Notes under the pieces: generated by a model
What the model was told of the DNA's origin: nothing
Databases searched by the model: none
The model's input: only the letters and a program-made list of their open reading frames with translations
Shown here: positions 12,731 through 26,027 of the stretch, piece by piece
How positions within the stretch are numbered: the first letter of the stretch is position 1
Layout of the letters: each line of letters starts with the position of its first letter
Translations under genes and position numbers: made by a program
Assembly (NCBI RefSeq): GCF_044704955.1
Contig: NC_091985.1
Location: 226,672,001-226,736,000, forward strand
Length of the DNA stretch: 64,000 nucleotides
Direction: 5' to 3'
Origin: Pristiophorus japonicus
Taxonomy: Eukaryota

Positions 12731-15188
12731 TCAGAAGATCAAGATATAGAATCAGTTTGTGTGGAGATGAGAAATAATAAGGGAAAGAAATCACTGGTGG
12801 GAGTAGTCTATAGGCCCCCTAGCAGTCGGTAACCTGCAGGACAGCGTATAAGTCAACAAAAAATGGAGGCTTGTAAGAAATACTGCAATAATCATGGGTG
12901 ATTTTAATCTTCATTTTGATTGGACAAATTAAATTGGCAAAGTTAGCCTTGAGGAAGAGTTCATAGTGTGTATTCAGGATGTTTTCTTAGAACAATACGA
13001 TGTGGAACCAACCAGGGAGCAGACTATTTTAGATCTGGCAATATGTAATGTGACTGGATTAATTAATGATCTCATAGTGAAGGATCCTCTTGGGAAGAGT
13101 GATCATAACATGGTATAATTTCAAATTCGGTTTGAGGCTGAGAAACTTGGGTCTCGTACTAGTGCCCTGAACTTAAATAGAGGCAATTACAAAGGAAGGG
13201 TAAGACGGTAGATACGCAGTGGCAACCACTAAAGGAGATATTTTATAACTCTCAGCAAAGATATATTCCAGTGAGAAAGAAAGACTCTTAAGAAGAATGA
13301 ACCAGCCATGGCTAACTAAGAAGTAAAGGATGGTATCAGATTGAAAACAAAGGCATACAATGTTGCGAAGATTAGTGGAAGGCCAGAAGATTGGGAACTT
13401 TTTCGAAAAGAGCAAAGGATGACTAAAAAAAAGAAAAAAGGGAAAGGGGATAGATTGAGAGTAAACTAAGAGCCAGTAAGAGATTCTACAGGTACATAAA
13501 AAGGAAGAGAAGTAAGTTGGTCCCTTCGAGGATGAGACTGGGGAATTAATGGGAAACAGGGAAATGGCAGAGAATTTGAATAAATATTTTGTATCGGTCT
13601 TCCCAATAATGGATAATCAAGGGGCTATGGGAGGGGGACAAAGTGGACAAGTCCCCTGGACCTAATGGCCTGCATCCTATGGTATTAAAAGAAGTGGCTA
13701 CAGAGATGGTGGCTGCATTGGTTGTAATCTACCAAAAATCCCTGGATCCTGGCGAGGTCCCAGCAGATTGGAAAACAGCAAATGTAATTCCCCTATTTAA
13801 GAAAGGAGGGAGACAGAAAGCAGGAAACTGTTAGCCTAGCATCAGTCATTGGGAAAATGCTGGTGTCCATTATTGAAGAAGTAGCAGCAGGACATTTAGA
13901 AAATCATGATACAGTCAAACAGAGTCAGCATGGTTTTATGAAAGAGAAATCATGTTTGACAAATTTGTTGGTGTTCTTTGAGGATGTAACGAGCAGGATG
14001 GATAAAGGGGAACCAGTATATGTCATGTATTTGGATTTCTAGAAGGCATTCGATAAGGTGCCGCATAAAAGGTTACTGCGCAAGATAAGAGCTCACGGAA
14101 TTGGGGGTAATATATTAGCATAGATAGAGGATTGGCTAACCAACAGAAAACAGAGAGTCGGGATAAATGGGTCATTTTCAAGTTGGCAAACTGTAACTAG
14201 TGGGGTGCCACAGGGATCAGTGCTGGGACATCAACTATTTATAATCTGTATTAATGACTTGGATGAAGGGACCGAGTGTAATGTAGCTAAATTTGCTGAT
14301 GATACAAAGATAGGTGGGAAATTAAGTTGTGAGGAAGACGCAAAGAATCTACAAAGGGATATAGACAAGCTAAGTGAGTGAGCAAAAATTTGGGAGATGG
14401 AATATAATGTGGGAAAATGTGAGGTTATCCACTTTAGTAGGAAAAATATAATTATATTATATAGCAAATTATTATTTAAATGGGGAGAGATTAGAAAATG
14501 CTGCAATACAGAGGGATCTGCGGGTCCTTGTACTTGAAACACAAAAAGTTAGCATGCAGGTACAGCAAGTAATTAAGAAGGCAAATGGAATGTTGGCCTT
14601 TATTGCAAGGGGGCTGGAGTATAAAAGTAGGGAAGTCCTGCTGCAACTGTACCGGGTATTGGTGACATCACACCTGGAGTACTGCGTACAGTTTTAGTCT
14701 CTTTGCATTGGAGGCAGTTCATAGAAGGTTCTTGAGGTTGATTCGTGAGCTGAGGAGCTTGTCTTATGAAGAAAGATTGAGCAGGTTAGGCCTATCCTCA
14801 TTGGAGTTTAGAAGAATGAGAGGTGATCTTATTGAAACATATAAGGTTCTGAGGGGGCTTGACAGGGTAGACGCAGAGAGGATATTTCCCCTGGTTGGGG
14901 AATCTAAAACTAGGGGGCATAGTTTCAGAATAAGGTCGCCTATTTAAAATGGAGATGAGGAATTTCTTCTCTCGACGGATCTTGAATCTTTGGAATTCTC
15001 TACCCCAGAGAGCTGTGAAGGCTGGGTCATTGAATTTATTTAAGGTGGATATAGACAGATTTTTGAATGTTAAGGGAGTCGAGGGTTATAGGGAGCAGGT
15101 AGAGAAGTGGAGGTGAGGCCAAGATCAGATCAGTCATGGCTCGAGGGACCAAATGGTCTACTCCATCTCCTATTTCTTATGTTCTTAT
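12731..15188 (+). mobile_element. Degraded CR1 LINE (endonuclease to 3' tail)
   Basis: VYRPP, DKSPGPNGLHP, QHGFMK and RRMRGDLIETYK pieces; tail ctatttcttatgttcttatg. Confidence 0.88.
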
Positions 15189-15405
15189 GGAGCCTCGGTT
15201 GAAATCATGTGAAAGACGGAACCTCTGACAGTGCAGCTCTGACAGATAGCAATATATCTATCCTATATTCATAAGTCAACCCCATACTAACACGCAGTAC
15301 CTGAGAGTGACGGGCAGTGTCTATCCTATACTTCCCTGCCCATCCCACACTCAATGATTAACCCCACTGTTCAAACTACAATCGGCTGAGCGCCTCTTTT
15401 AATGG

Positions 15406-15708
15406 TATTATGTCTGTAATGAACCTATGAATGACTCCACGAGGCAATGTGTTGTACTTGAGCTGTAGTGACTTTGGTTCTTTATTCGTAACTCCAGAGT
15501 GAGGCAGCTGCATGGTGGCAACTCTTTTATACAGCGCCTGCCATTAGGGCAGGAAATCTCAGCCTCCATCAGTTGCACCCTCTAGTGGTGACAGTATAGT
15601 ATATACACAGTGTAAACCTTATTGATAGTACATCAGGTAAACAAGTCTCCATCTTTTGCAACTATACAGTGACGACAGAGAGTATATCTATAGTCTGCAT
15701 ATATAACA
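15406..15708 (-). mobile_element. Solo LTR (303 bp) with 5-bp TSD AATGG
   Basis: aatgg at 15401-15405 and 15709-15713; ends tattat...ataaca (decayed TG...CA inverted termini); minus-strand TATAAAA at ~15525 and AATAAA at 15481. Confidence 0.75.
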
Positions 15709-15844
15709 AATGGATGTTGAGAGTTTCAGCCGGACCAATTTAAAATAGTTTCTGCTGAATGACTGTTGCTTGTTGCAGGACTCGCTTTCAGCCAGGAGAT
15801 GGCACCAACCTCTAATAGTTTGGAGTGTGCGGATTGTGTCCACA

Positions 15845-15995
15845 CATCCAGACCACCGTGAGTCTGGTGCTGCCCGGGGAGCTGGTCAAGCACGGGGTGA
15901 CCAAGTACTCTAGCTCCAAGTAAATCTCCACAATTTATTGACAAAAAAACGCAGAAAATACAACGGCTCTTTTAAGAGCCACCCACAGCCTCTCT
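15845..15995 (+). pseudogene. H2B: H2B 3' remnant with histone stem-loop
   Basis: atccagaccaccgtgagtctggtgctgcccggggagctggtcaagcac...gtgaccaagtactctagctccaagtaa; stem-loop ggctcttttaagagcc at 15965-15980. Confidence 0.85.
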
Positions 15996-16059
15996 GATGG
16001 AGCCACCAGTTTAATGCATTGAATTTGTCTGTTTATTCATTCCAGCTAACGTATTTTCA

Positions 16060-17500
16060 GGTGTGGTTCCAGAGGACTGGAGGACTGCTAATGTGGTACC
16101 TTTGTTTAAGAAGGGAGAAAGGGATAGACCGAGTAATTACAGGCCAGTCAGCCTGACCTCGGTGACGGCAATATTATTGGAAAAAATTCTGAGGGACAGG
16201 ATAAGCCTTCATTTAGAAAGACACAGGTTAATCAAGGACAGCCAGCCCAGATTTGTAAATGGAAGGTCGTGTCTGGCTAACTTGATTGAATTTTTGCGGA
16301 GGTAACGAGGGTCGATGAGGATTGTGCGTTTGATGTGTAAATGGATTTTAGCAAGACTTTTGATAAGGTCCCACATGGCAGACTGGTCACAAAAGTAAAT
16401 GCCCATGGGATCCAGGGAAAGTGTCAAATTAGATACAAAATTGACTAAAAGGCAGGAAGCAGAGGGTAACGGTTGATGGCTGTTTTGTGACTGAAAGGAT
16501 TGTTTCCAGTGGGGTTCCGCAGGGCTCAGTACTAGGTCCCTTGCTTTTTGTGGTATATATCAATGATCTAGACTTGAATATAGGCGGTATGATTAAGAAG
16601 TTTGAAGATGATACTAAACTCCTCTGCTGTGTGGTTGATAATGAAGAAGCAAGCTGTAGACTGCAGGAAGATATCAATCAACTGATCAGGTGGGCATAAC
16701 ACTGGCAAATGGAATTCCATCCAGAGAAGTGTGTGGTAATGCATTTGGGGAGGGCTAACAAGAAAAGGGAATTCACATTAAATGGTAGGTCATCGAGAAG
16801 TGTAGAAGAACAAAGCGAGTGCATGTCCACAAATCCCTGAAGCTAGCAGTCCAGGTAGATAAGCTGGATAAGAATGCATAAAGAATGCTTGCCTTTATTA
16901 ACCGAAGCATAGAATACAAGAGCGGGGTGGAGGGGTATGCTTGAACTGTATAAAATACTAGTTAGGCCACAGAGTACTGCGTGCAGTTCTGGTCAACACA
17001 TTACAGGAAGGATGTGATTGCACTGGAGAGGGTACAGAGGAGATTTACGAGGATGTTGTCGGGAGTGGAGAATCCTAGCTATGAGGACAGATTGGCTAGG
17101 CTGGGTTTGTTTTCCTTGGAACAGAGGAGACTGAGGGGAGACCTCATTGAGGTGTATAAAATTATGAGGGGCCTAGATATAGAGAATAGAAAGGGCCGAT
17201 TTCCCTGAGCAGAGTGGTCAACAACTAGGTGCATAAGTTTAAAGTAATTAGTAGAAGGTTTAGAGGGGATTTGAGGGAAGATGTCTCCACCCAGACGGTG
17301 TTGGGGGTCTGGAGCCCACTGCCTGAAAGGGTGGCAGAGGCAGAAACCCTCACCACGTTTTAAAAAGTACTTGGATGTGCACTTGAAGTGCTGTAACCTG
17401 CGGACCCAGAGCTGGGAAGTGGGATTAGGTCAGATAGCCTCCTGTTCGCTAGCATGAACATGGCCTCCTTCCGTGCTGTAAATTTCCATCATTCTATGAT
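16060..17500 (+). mobile_element. CR1 LINE RT and 3' fragment
   Basis: [47 protein letters not shown]. Confidence 0.88.
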
Positions 17501-17559
17501 TGTTAATCTGGTGAGAAAATGATCAGAAAAATAGTCAAACTGCCCCAGGGTCACGTTGT

Positions 17560-17880
<321 letters not shown>

Positions 17881-18525
17881 TCACAGGAACATAAACTGAA
17901 TGATAAACACAACTGGATGGTGAGAGTTTATGAAGCCAGCCCATGAGAATGTGAAAAAGGATTGCGAAAGTGGTAGATGGCTAGAGAAGGTAGCAAAAGG
18001 ATGGAGATAGGGAATCATGGGAAAATGGCTAAAAGAAAATGTCAAACTGAGATATTTGCAATGTCGACACAAAAAGGGGTTACTCAGAGTTGTGGTCAAA
18101 CACGAGTTACGCGAAAAAGCAAAGTCAGGCATGAGTCAGACGAGGGGCTGCTATATCCAGCCATGAAATAGGGAAATGCTATGAAAATCGAAACAATAAA
18201 CACATCCCTGGAGCCCGCTCTATTTGGAGAGTTGTTAGCCTGCAATTGGGTATGCTATGGGGAAGTCGACCAATGATTGTATAAACTGAGTGTCAATCAA
18301 ATGTGTTCTGCTGTAACCATGTATAAGTGTTGAGCTTTTGTACTGTTACAGGACTTGTCAGGAGAGAGGTGGACAGGCTCAAATCGAGAGTGTTCCCTTT
18401 ATCTTAACAGGTCCTGGCCGGAGTATCTACAGAATAAAGGTCTTATGTTGCTAAGACTAAAAGTGTTCGTGTGTCAGTGAATTCGCTGAAACAGATTGAA
18501 GGGAAAAGAATCCAGTATCTACATT

Positions 18526-18543
18526 TGGTGTCAGAAGTGGGAT
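18526..18543 (+). promoter_or_regulatory. Primer-binding site for tRNA-Leu(CAA)
   Basis: tggtgtcagaagtgggat is complementary to the vertebrate tRNA-Leu(CAA) 3' end ...AUCCCACUUCUGACACCA, 2 nt after the LTR. Confidence 0.85.
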
Positions 18544-18830
18544 CTCAACGGACGACTGCCGAAAACTTGCGAATTAAGAGCTGGACTAGCCTTGGACGAG
18601 ACGAGAGGAAAATGGCCACTGAAGTAAGTATAATTTCAATACTGCTCCAGTTTCCTCCGGTTTCAAAAGTCTGAGGAAAGTTTAGCCACTCGCTGGTTCT
18701 CAGGTGGTGTCTGAACGAGATCCAGGTCAATCTGGCGAACACTTTCTAAACTTAGGAAATAAGTGTCCAAGTCAGGTGTGACGTCGACCTTGTATATCAC
18801 TTGGCCCGTCTAGGCACTGATTGGATTTAA

Positions 18831-18907
18831 ATTGGAAAGGACAAATTAAGTAAGGATTGGAAAGGACAAATTAAGTAAGGATTGGAAAGGATAAATTAAG
18901 TAAGGAT
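18831..18907. repeat. 25-bp tandem repeat x3 in the ERV leader
   Basis: attggaaaggacaaattaagtaagg repeated three times. Confidence 0.9.
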
Positions 18908-19569
18908 CGTGCGGCAACACGAACAGGAAAACCGTGCGGGGACGCGGAGGGATAGAGAATCGCGCGAACCGTGTAGGGAAACGCGGAGGTTAGGGAATTA
19001 CGTAAAATTAAGCTGTGGGATTACGCGGGACTGTGTAAATTTTAAATTGTACTTAAGCCAGGTGTGGTGTCGACCTTGTATATCACTTGGTCCACCTAGG
19101 CTCTGGGTAAGATCATTAAAACCACCACGGAGCGACGTAGAAACCATCAAAATTAGGACCCTGATCCAACATGCGGCGACACAAGGATGGGTAATTTAGA
19201 TAAAACGACGAATTCCCTGAAAGGTCATGGATCCAAAAATTAATAGGAAAGAAGAGAGACTCTTGTGAACGTCTGTTTTAAATGAGAAATGCTTGTATGA
19301 TTTTTACTGTGGAGAAGGAAGCCTGTGTGGGAAAACCGGGGAGTTGTAGTTTGCTTTAGCTCCACCCACTTTTTCAAACAGTGAAAGTTTTTTTAACCCT
19401 TCGTAGTGTTGTCCTGTATGTGGGAAGTTTAAGAGTGTGAACCTTATTGAATTACGTATATTCGGATGATAAGTTACGGAGCCAGGAAATGCACAAAGGA
19501 TAGGTTTGTTGAGTAAAAAAAAAAATTATATGGTCCTGGTGGTTACAAAAAAAGGATTTAATAGCCAAA

Positions 19570-21275
19570 TGGAGACAGTACTGTCAAAAGCTAAAAGATG
19601 AGTCCCTTCTGTCAAGCTGGCAGGAGAACGCCACTAAACTAGGACTTTCCTTGACAGAAGGAGGACATGTTAAAACTGTAGACGTCTTAAAGAAAGAGTG
19701 TGCGCACGAGAAACGTACTAAGAGTTCCCCTGGGACCTCCGAGAAGGGTACCGATAGACCACGTGGTCGAATGGTTGGCTTTGCGTTGACCGAGGCTGAT
19801 GATGAATTTGATGAATGGTCACTGACTCGGCGCCCAACCCCAACAGCGCCTCCCGCAGCCCCGGGCCCCTCACCACAGTCCCCTTCCCGCCAACCTCCAC
19901 CCTACACTCCGGCGGTAGGAGGTGATGATTACCGTAACCCCACACCAATGAACCGACAAGCCCAGACGGACTCTTCCTCTTCAGATAGTGACTCAAGTCC
20001 TCAGTTCACCAACCCTGTGGCCGGTAGGACCAGATCTAAGACTAAAGGACGTAACCTGATCGTTCAGAACCCTAGTCCAGAGAGGCGATGTGGGCGCTCT
20101 CATCAGCCCCGCTCTCAGTCTGAACCTCGGGGCCATCGGCGACAACTCACTCGTCATAACCGAAGCTCCAGCATTAGTTCTACAGGCTCAGAGTGCTCTT
20201 CAGATAGAGAAACGGCCTCAGGAAATAATACTTCTGTCCAGAAAACTAGGGTAGGAACTAGGGTAGGAACTAGGCAGTTCCCAGTTCGACCCATGCCAAA
20301 TCCCAATTCAGAGCAGGTTGCGGACCACCCCACCATAGACGTATATGTGCCATGGAAACCGAATGGGATTATGGCTATCCTGGCTACCATACCAGATCGA
20401 AAGAGAGAACCTGTCAAGTTTATAGATCGCCTCCAACTCACCATTGGAGTTTATAAAGCGGAATCAAGAGACTTGTGGTCCTTAGTGCAGCAGACCATGA
20501 GCCCGACTGAACACGTCGGTTCTTAGAAAATTTGAGGCAAGCCACCCATGATGCATTAGTGACTGCTCACCCTAATAATGCCCAGGATCGCCTAAACGCT
20601 ATCTTTAATGCTCTCAGCAAGAACCTTCAGAAGCCCATCAGTATGGCAGCATTATTAGAAACTAAACCCAAACGAGAAGAAACTGCCGATGAATTCATGG
20701 AAAGATTTATTGAAATATACGGAGGTCAATCAGGAGATAATGCCTTCAGGGCAGAGGATAATTCACCTCAATTCTGCGCTATCCTACTTCAGTGCCTGCC
20801 CTATTCGATTGCTCACACTATACGGACAAATAATATGAATTGGGTAGATAACAGTAAAGCCCAGATGGAAAGGGCAGTTAAATATTATTGGCAGGAAAAG
20901 AAAGGAGAGGGGGGAGGTGCGCCCCCAACCCGGGTCAAGACTGAATACGTGACTAGAAAGGAAGAGCCGCCTCGGGTGGAAGGACCAAAACCCGACCCAA
21001 GGGGATACCAGATGGAACCGCAGTATTGCGTGCAGAGTTGGGTGGATAAACAGGGATACGGTTATACCAAACACCCAAACGGCCCTTGCCCTGCTAATTA
21101 CGGACCACCCTACTGTCCCCGGCCTGGTATGGGAAGAGGTCGGGGCTGGGAAAGACGAGATGGATGCTTTAATTGTGGGCAAGAAGGACATTGGAGTAGA
21201 GAGTGTCCCTCCCGTCGGCATGAAAGAGGAAAAGGAGGAAGAGGAAGGGGGGAGAGGACGGGGATCTTACACTAA
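19570..21275 (+). pseudogene. gag: ERV gag with a premature stop at ~20524; start uncertain
   Basis: PPPY and PTAP late-domain motifs; capsid-like region; zinc knuckle CFNCGQEGHWSREC. Confidence 0.85.
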
Positions 21276-21299
21276 CTCCTCCCAGAACATCCCTTTTGG

Positions 21300-23377
21300 C
21301 CAATCGTCCCCCGATTACGTAGCTTGATTGTACAGAGAACCTCCCTGGATGACGAACCGATTTGCCAGTTTCCAGTCCCTAGCACGGCTAAACAGATGCG
21401 ATAGTGGTTGGGGATGATCAATTACTGCAGATGCTGGATCCCTAATGTTGCCCTGATGACTAAGCACCTTACACCGCACACAACTAAAGAAGGCAGCTTT
21501 GAAATAGAAACCGCAGACGTCCAAGCCTTTAAGGAACTAAAGACAGCCCTGCTGCAAGCTCCGGCTTTGAGCCGGCCCCTCTATGACCGGCCCTTTCAAC
21601 TGTATTGTACAATCCTGAAAGACTGTGCTACTGCTGTCTTTACTCAGAAACACGGGGATAAGCATAGGCCTGTTGCCTACTACTCTTCCAAAATAGACCT
21701 CGTTGCCTTGGAGCACCCTGTATGTACTCAAATATTAACCGCTATCTACAATAGCCTTCAATCCGCTGCCAACATTACCCTCCAGCAGGATATTGTTGTG
21801 TACACCTCTCACTCCGTAGCTCCCTCCTGGGCCAACTGCAGACTCAACATCTTACCATGGCCAGGCAAAGCAGATATGAGATCTACCTACTAAACAATCC
21901 TAAGCTGACCTTTCAGCACTGTACTGCCATTAATCCGGCCTGTTTTCTTACTAAGCCACCCCAAGATGAGGAAGAGCCCAGTCATGATTGTTTATCTTTA
22001 ATTCAGGAGGCCTCGTCGGTCAGGGAAGATTTAGTTGACGTACCAATGGAAGACCCAGACTGTATTATGTATGTTGACGGAAGTTCTTCTATTAATCCAG
22101 AAGGTACACGAATCTCAGGATACGCCATAGTAAACCAGGAGAATCAGGTCTTGGAATCTGCCGCCTTTGAAACCGCCTATTCTGCCCAACAAGCTGAACT
22201 ATTTGCCCTCACCCGAGCCTGTATCTTGGCCAAAGACCTCAAAGTCAATATCTATAACGAATCTAGGTATGCCTTTGGGGTAGCCCATGATTTCGGATAA
22301 TTATAGAAAAATAGGGGATTCCTAACCTCACAGGGGAATGAGATATCCCATAGGCAACTGGTATCTGATTTGTTGCAAGCCCTCATGCTCCCCAAGCGTA
22401 TTGCCATTGTTAAATGTATCGCCCACACCACCGGAAAGTCTCCGGTTGACATAGGAAACCGCTGTGCTGACAGAGAGGCTAAACAGGCCTCTTGCGGACA
22501 ACAAATGGTGGTGCCTAGAATGATGAGTCAAACTAAAAGTCCTGCCAAGGATAAGTTAGCCTCGGAAAAACCAATGCCAACCATCCAAGATGTCATTAAA
22601 GCACAGGAGGACACTCCTGAAAAAGATAAACTGTTGTGGAAAGATTATGGATGTACTTATGACAATGTTTCTAAACTCTGGACCACTCCCGCGGAACAGA
22701 CTTGCATGTCTGACGAGTTGGCTCTATGGGTTATTGAATGTATGCATTTTGCTACTCATTGTGGAGCAAGGACAACAAGTGACACGCTTTTGGCCACTTG
22801 GTGGCACCCTAGACTCCAGATGCTAGTCCAGAACATCAGTAGTCGCTGCCTTGTTTGCCAACAACATAATCCAGGGAAGGGAGTCCCCTGTGATTGGGGT
22901 AAGACGCCCCTACCAGAAGGTCCCTTTGAGACCTTGCAGTTGGACTACATTGAGTTGCAAAGAGTTCAGTGTTATAAATATGTGTTAGTAATAGTAGATG
23001 TGTTTAGTAAATGGATCGAAGCCTATCCTACCCTGGACAATAAGGCTCAAACTGTTGTTAAGGTGTTAATGAGGGAAATTGTTCCTAGATATGGTATCCC
23101 AGCTCGACTGATGACCACCTATGTTCTTTCTCTGACTCAGGCTCTGCGACTAGCTCACAACCAGGTTCGAGAGGCTCACCTTGTCCTCCCAGTTTTACCT
23201 GAATCGTCCCTCGTGGCACCAGGGAAGTATGTCCTGATTAAGAAATGGATTCGAAAGGGACTAGAGCCACGATGGGAGGGGCCCTTTCAGGTGTTACTTA
23301 CTACCCCCACCGCAGTTAAGGTTGAAGGGAAAAGTGCCTGGGTTCACCTGCACCACTGTAAACTTATTACTTCATAA
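21300..23377 (+). pseudogene. pol: ERV pol remnant: RT thumb/connection, RNase H, partial integrase
   Basis: GMINYCRCWIP, LQAPAL, RPVAYYS; RNase H YVDGSS...AQQAELFAL; integrase HFATH...CLVC, LDYIEL, LEPRWEGPFQVLLTTPTAVKV. No protease or YxDD region seen. Confidence 0.88.
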
Positions 23378-23587
23378 TGAGCCTATCTCACTGGTCGTCG
23401 TCCTAACCCTTGTTTCTGTTTCAGACTTCCTCTCCTCCATAGCTGAATAAACCACAGCCTTGGGGCAGGAAGAAAGAAAAAGGCCAAGAACACGGCAGGA
23501 GAAAGGAACAAGCAGACTTAGCTATTTTCTGAGCTATCCTTATCTTATTGTTAACTAATGTATAGTATCGTCTAAAATTATCTAAAC

Positions 23588-24304
23588 ATGTGTAAGCTAG
23601 CAGGTATAATTGTGCTATCTTGTGCTATCCTAGCAGAACTAGAAGGGCGACAGGATAACTTATTTTATCAGACCCATACCCGATTGCATGGCAATCGAAC
23701 TGTGTGTTACCCACTAGCCTAATCAGTAGAGGCCCTGTTCGTGGCTACCCCTGGGTGGACCCCCCACGACTTATATACGGCGGATACCACGGACGCACCC
23801 TGTGAGGGACAAACGAGCGAATATAGAAGGGGTATACCGGGAAGATGTGTGGAATTAATAGACTCCATGAATCCTGAGTGCAGGGGATCCCAGGGAAAGA
23901 ACGGAGCGGTATGCTCGGACATTGCAAGCTTACCCGCTTTGCTTCTCAGGACAAGGGTGGGGTTGTGTATATATCACCCAAGCCATTGATGCCATAAAAA
24001 AGCAGCTGGATGAGTTTAGGCAGGGCCCAGAGAAAGGAAATAGTTGGTGGATTGGTTATTTGGAGGATCCTGGGGATCTTATTTAATGCATGGAGCAGTT
24101 ATTCTCGTTATGATAATAGTTACCTGTTGTCTGATTATTGGTTGCTTTAATGTCTGTTGTAAAGTAATGATGGCAAAATTGGAGCAAACTCTTACAGTCA
24201 CGGGCTCCCGGAATCTGGTTCAACAGACTAAAAGTTTACTCGAGGATCAAGAGGAGTATGAGAAACAAGAATGCGAACAGCTGAATGCGATACTCCTGGA
24301 ATAA
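23588..24304 (+). pseudogene. env: ERV env remnant (signal peptide and TM anchor; middle deleted)
   Basis: MCKLAGIIVLSCAILAELEG at 23588; WLFGGSWGSYLMHGAVILVMIIVTCCLIIGC anchor; upstream acceptor tgtttctgtttcag at ~23424. Confidence 0.7.
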
Positions 24305-24921
24305 TCACCAGGGTTATCATGGAATGATAAAAGGGGGGAATGAGAATGTGAAAAAGGATTGCGAAAGTGGTAGATGGCTAGAGAAGGTAGCAAAAGGATG
24401 GAGATAGGGAATCATGGGAAAATGGCTAAAAGAAAATGTCAAACTGAGATATTTGCAATGTTGACACAAAAAGGGGTTACTCAGAGTTGTGGTCAAACAC
24501 GAGTTACGCGAAAAAGCAAAGTCAGGCATGAGTCAGACGAGGGGCTGCTATATCCAGCCATGAAATAGGGAAATGCTATGAAAATCGAAACAATAAACAC
24601 ATCCCTGGAGCCCGCCCTATTTGGAGAGTTGTTAGTCTGCAATTGGGTATGCTATGGGGGAAGTCGACCAATGATTGTATAAACTGAGTGTCACTCAAAT
24701 GTGTTCTGCTGTAACAATGTATAAGTGTTGAGCTTTTGTACTGTTACAGGACTTGTCAGGAGAGAGGTGGACAGGCTCGAATCGAGAGTGTTCCCTTTAT
24801 CTTAACAGGTCCCGGCCGGAGTATCTACAGAATAAAGGTCTTATGTTGCTAAGACTAAAAGTGTTCATGTGTCAGTGAATTCGCTGAAACAGATTGAAGG
24901 GAAAAGAATCCAGTATCTACA

Positions 24922-25045
24922 CCCAGACCTGGTTGAGGAAGGCAGAGTGTGAGAGAGGCGCGGAGGAGCCAGAATCATGGTGACAGGTTGAGCAGAGACA
25001 GCGGCCTCTGAGCTTCCAGAACCGCATCCAGGCTTCACACTCCAG
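24922..25045 (-). promoter_or_regulatory. Displaced upstream half of the H4 (17871) promoter
   Basis: gcagagtgtgagagaggcg...gagcagagacagcggcctctgagcttccag aligns to 56188-56280, upstream of the other minus-strand H4. Confidence 0.7.
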
Positions 25046-25179
25046 CATTGAAATACTTGCCTGCTCCCCTCCCCCCCCACCCCCGCACACTCTCCCTGCC
25101 CAGTGTTTAAACCGACGGGAAGGGCCCAAGTGACCTCCCCTCCCTCAGCTCTGCCGGTGGCTGCCGTTTCCTCTGTGCT

Positions 25180-26027
25180 TGGCTGATGACCGTTAAACAC
25201 ATCAGGGAGCGGAGATATCCCGGGCCAGAGTAAGGGAGCAAACAGCAGCCTCCTTCCAGCAGCTCATCGCATTGGGACTGTGTCCGTAAATAGGCTTTGT
25301 GTCGGGGTATCGGGGGCTGTTTGTAAGAGGCAGAGTGGAGCAGGAAGTAGTTCTGGAACATGGAGTGAGTGGGGGAAGGGAGCGGAGATATCCCGGGCTG
25401 TGTGTGTACAGTGTAAGGTAACAGAGAAAGTTAATCACCACACTCTTTCAAATCATTGCTGGTTTCTGTCACCAAACCAGTAGTGAATGTTCCTGATTCA
25501 GTCCCAATCTCACCGTGTCTGCTCTTCTTGGACATTGAACAGTGGAAACACAGCCTGACAGTGAGGATGTGAGGAGTGTCACAAAGTGCATCTATTGCAG
25601 GCATCAGGACAGAGTGTGAAAGTGGACATTTCAAATTCGGTAATTTTGTTTCGGGTGCGTTGAGTTCTCCAGAACCGTGTTGAAGGTGATCGAGAGATAC
25701 ATTGTCGCTCCCTCAGATACATCAGGATCCGGGCTCTCTGATATTCTGTTGACTGCACCGGCCCTTAACTTGGTTCCAATAGACTGAGAACAATTGTGGT
25801 ACAGCCCAGGTACCTGTGGTTATAATCCAGAAAGCGATTCAGAATTTTACAGGTAGTCCTGTGGGAGAGGAAGTTATAAACCTCGACTGTATCAATCGGG
25901 TGATCCCATTCATGAACCAGTGCCGGATTTGTATTGTGTCTGGATGCTGATAACTTTCTATAAAACCATCCTACACACCTGGTGTGGAAAATCTGAGTGC
26001 CGCTGTACTGCAGTGAGGTCAGACACA
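25180..26027 (+). other. Diverged paralogue of the element at 59590-60290; continues at 29423-29660
   Basis: Shared blocks cagcagcctcctt.cagcagc.catcgc, ggagtgagtgggggaagggag, aaaccagtagtgaa.gttcctg and gtactgcagtg..gtcagaca|.tgacactgtttgtatc. Confidence 0.75.

Larger units (their letters stand above)
10903..15240 (-). mobile_element. Deu-domain SINE (DeuSINE/SacSINE1-like) split into 10903-11052 and 15189-15240
   Basis: Reverse complement resembles the recalled Deu domain: gctgcactgtcagaggttccgtctttc...aaccgaggc, then ...gtgtcctggctaacatttatccttcaaccaacatcactaaaacag. Confidence 0.7.
17944..24921 (+). mobile_element. Endogenous retrovirus (class I, gamma/epsilon-like), internally deleted
   Basis: LTRs 17944-18523 and 24341-24921 (TG...CA, about 9 differences by eye); 4-bp TSD CCCA; PBS 18526-18543; PPT aaaaggggggaa 24329-24340; gag-pol-env order. 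Confidence 0.95.

Noticed and set aside
17881-24568. Duplicated 64-83-aa ORFs at both ERV ends
   Set aside because: They lie in the LTR U3 and are duplicated with it; no recognisable domain.
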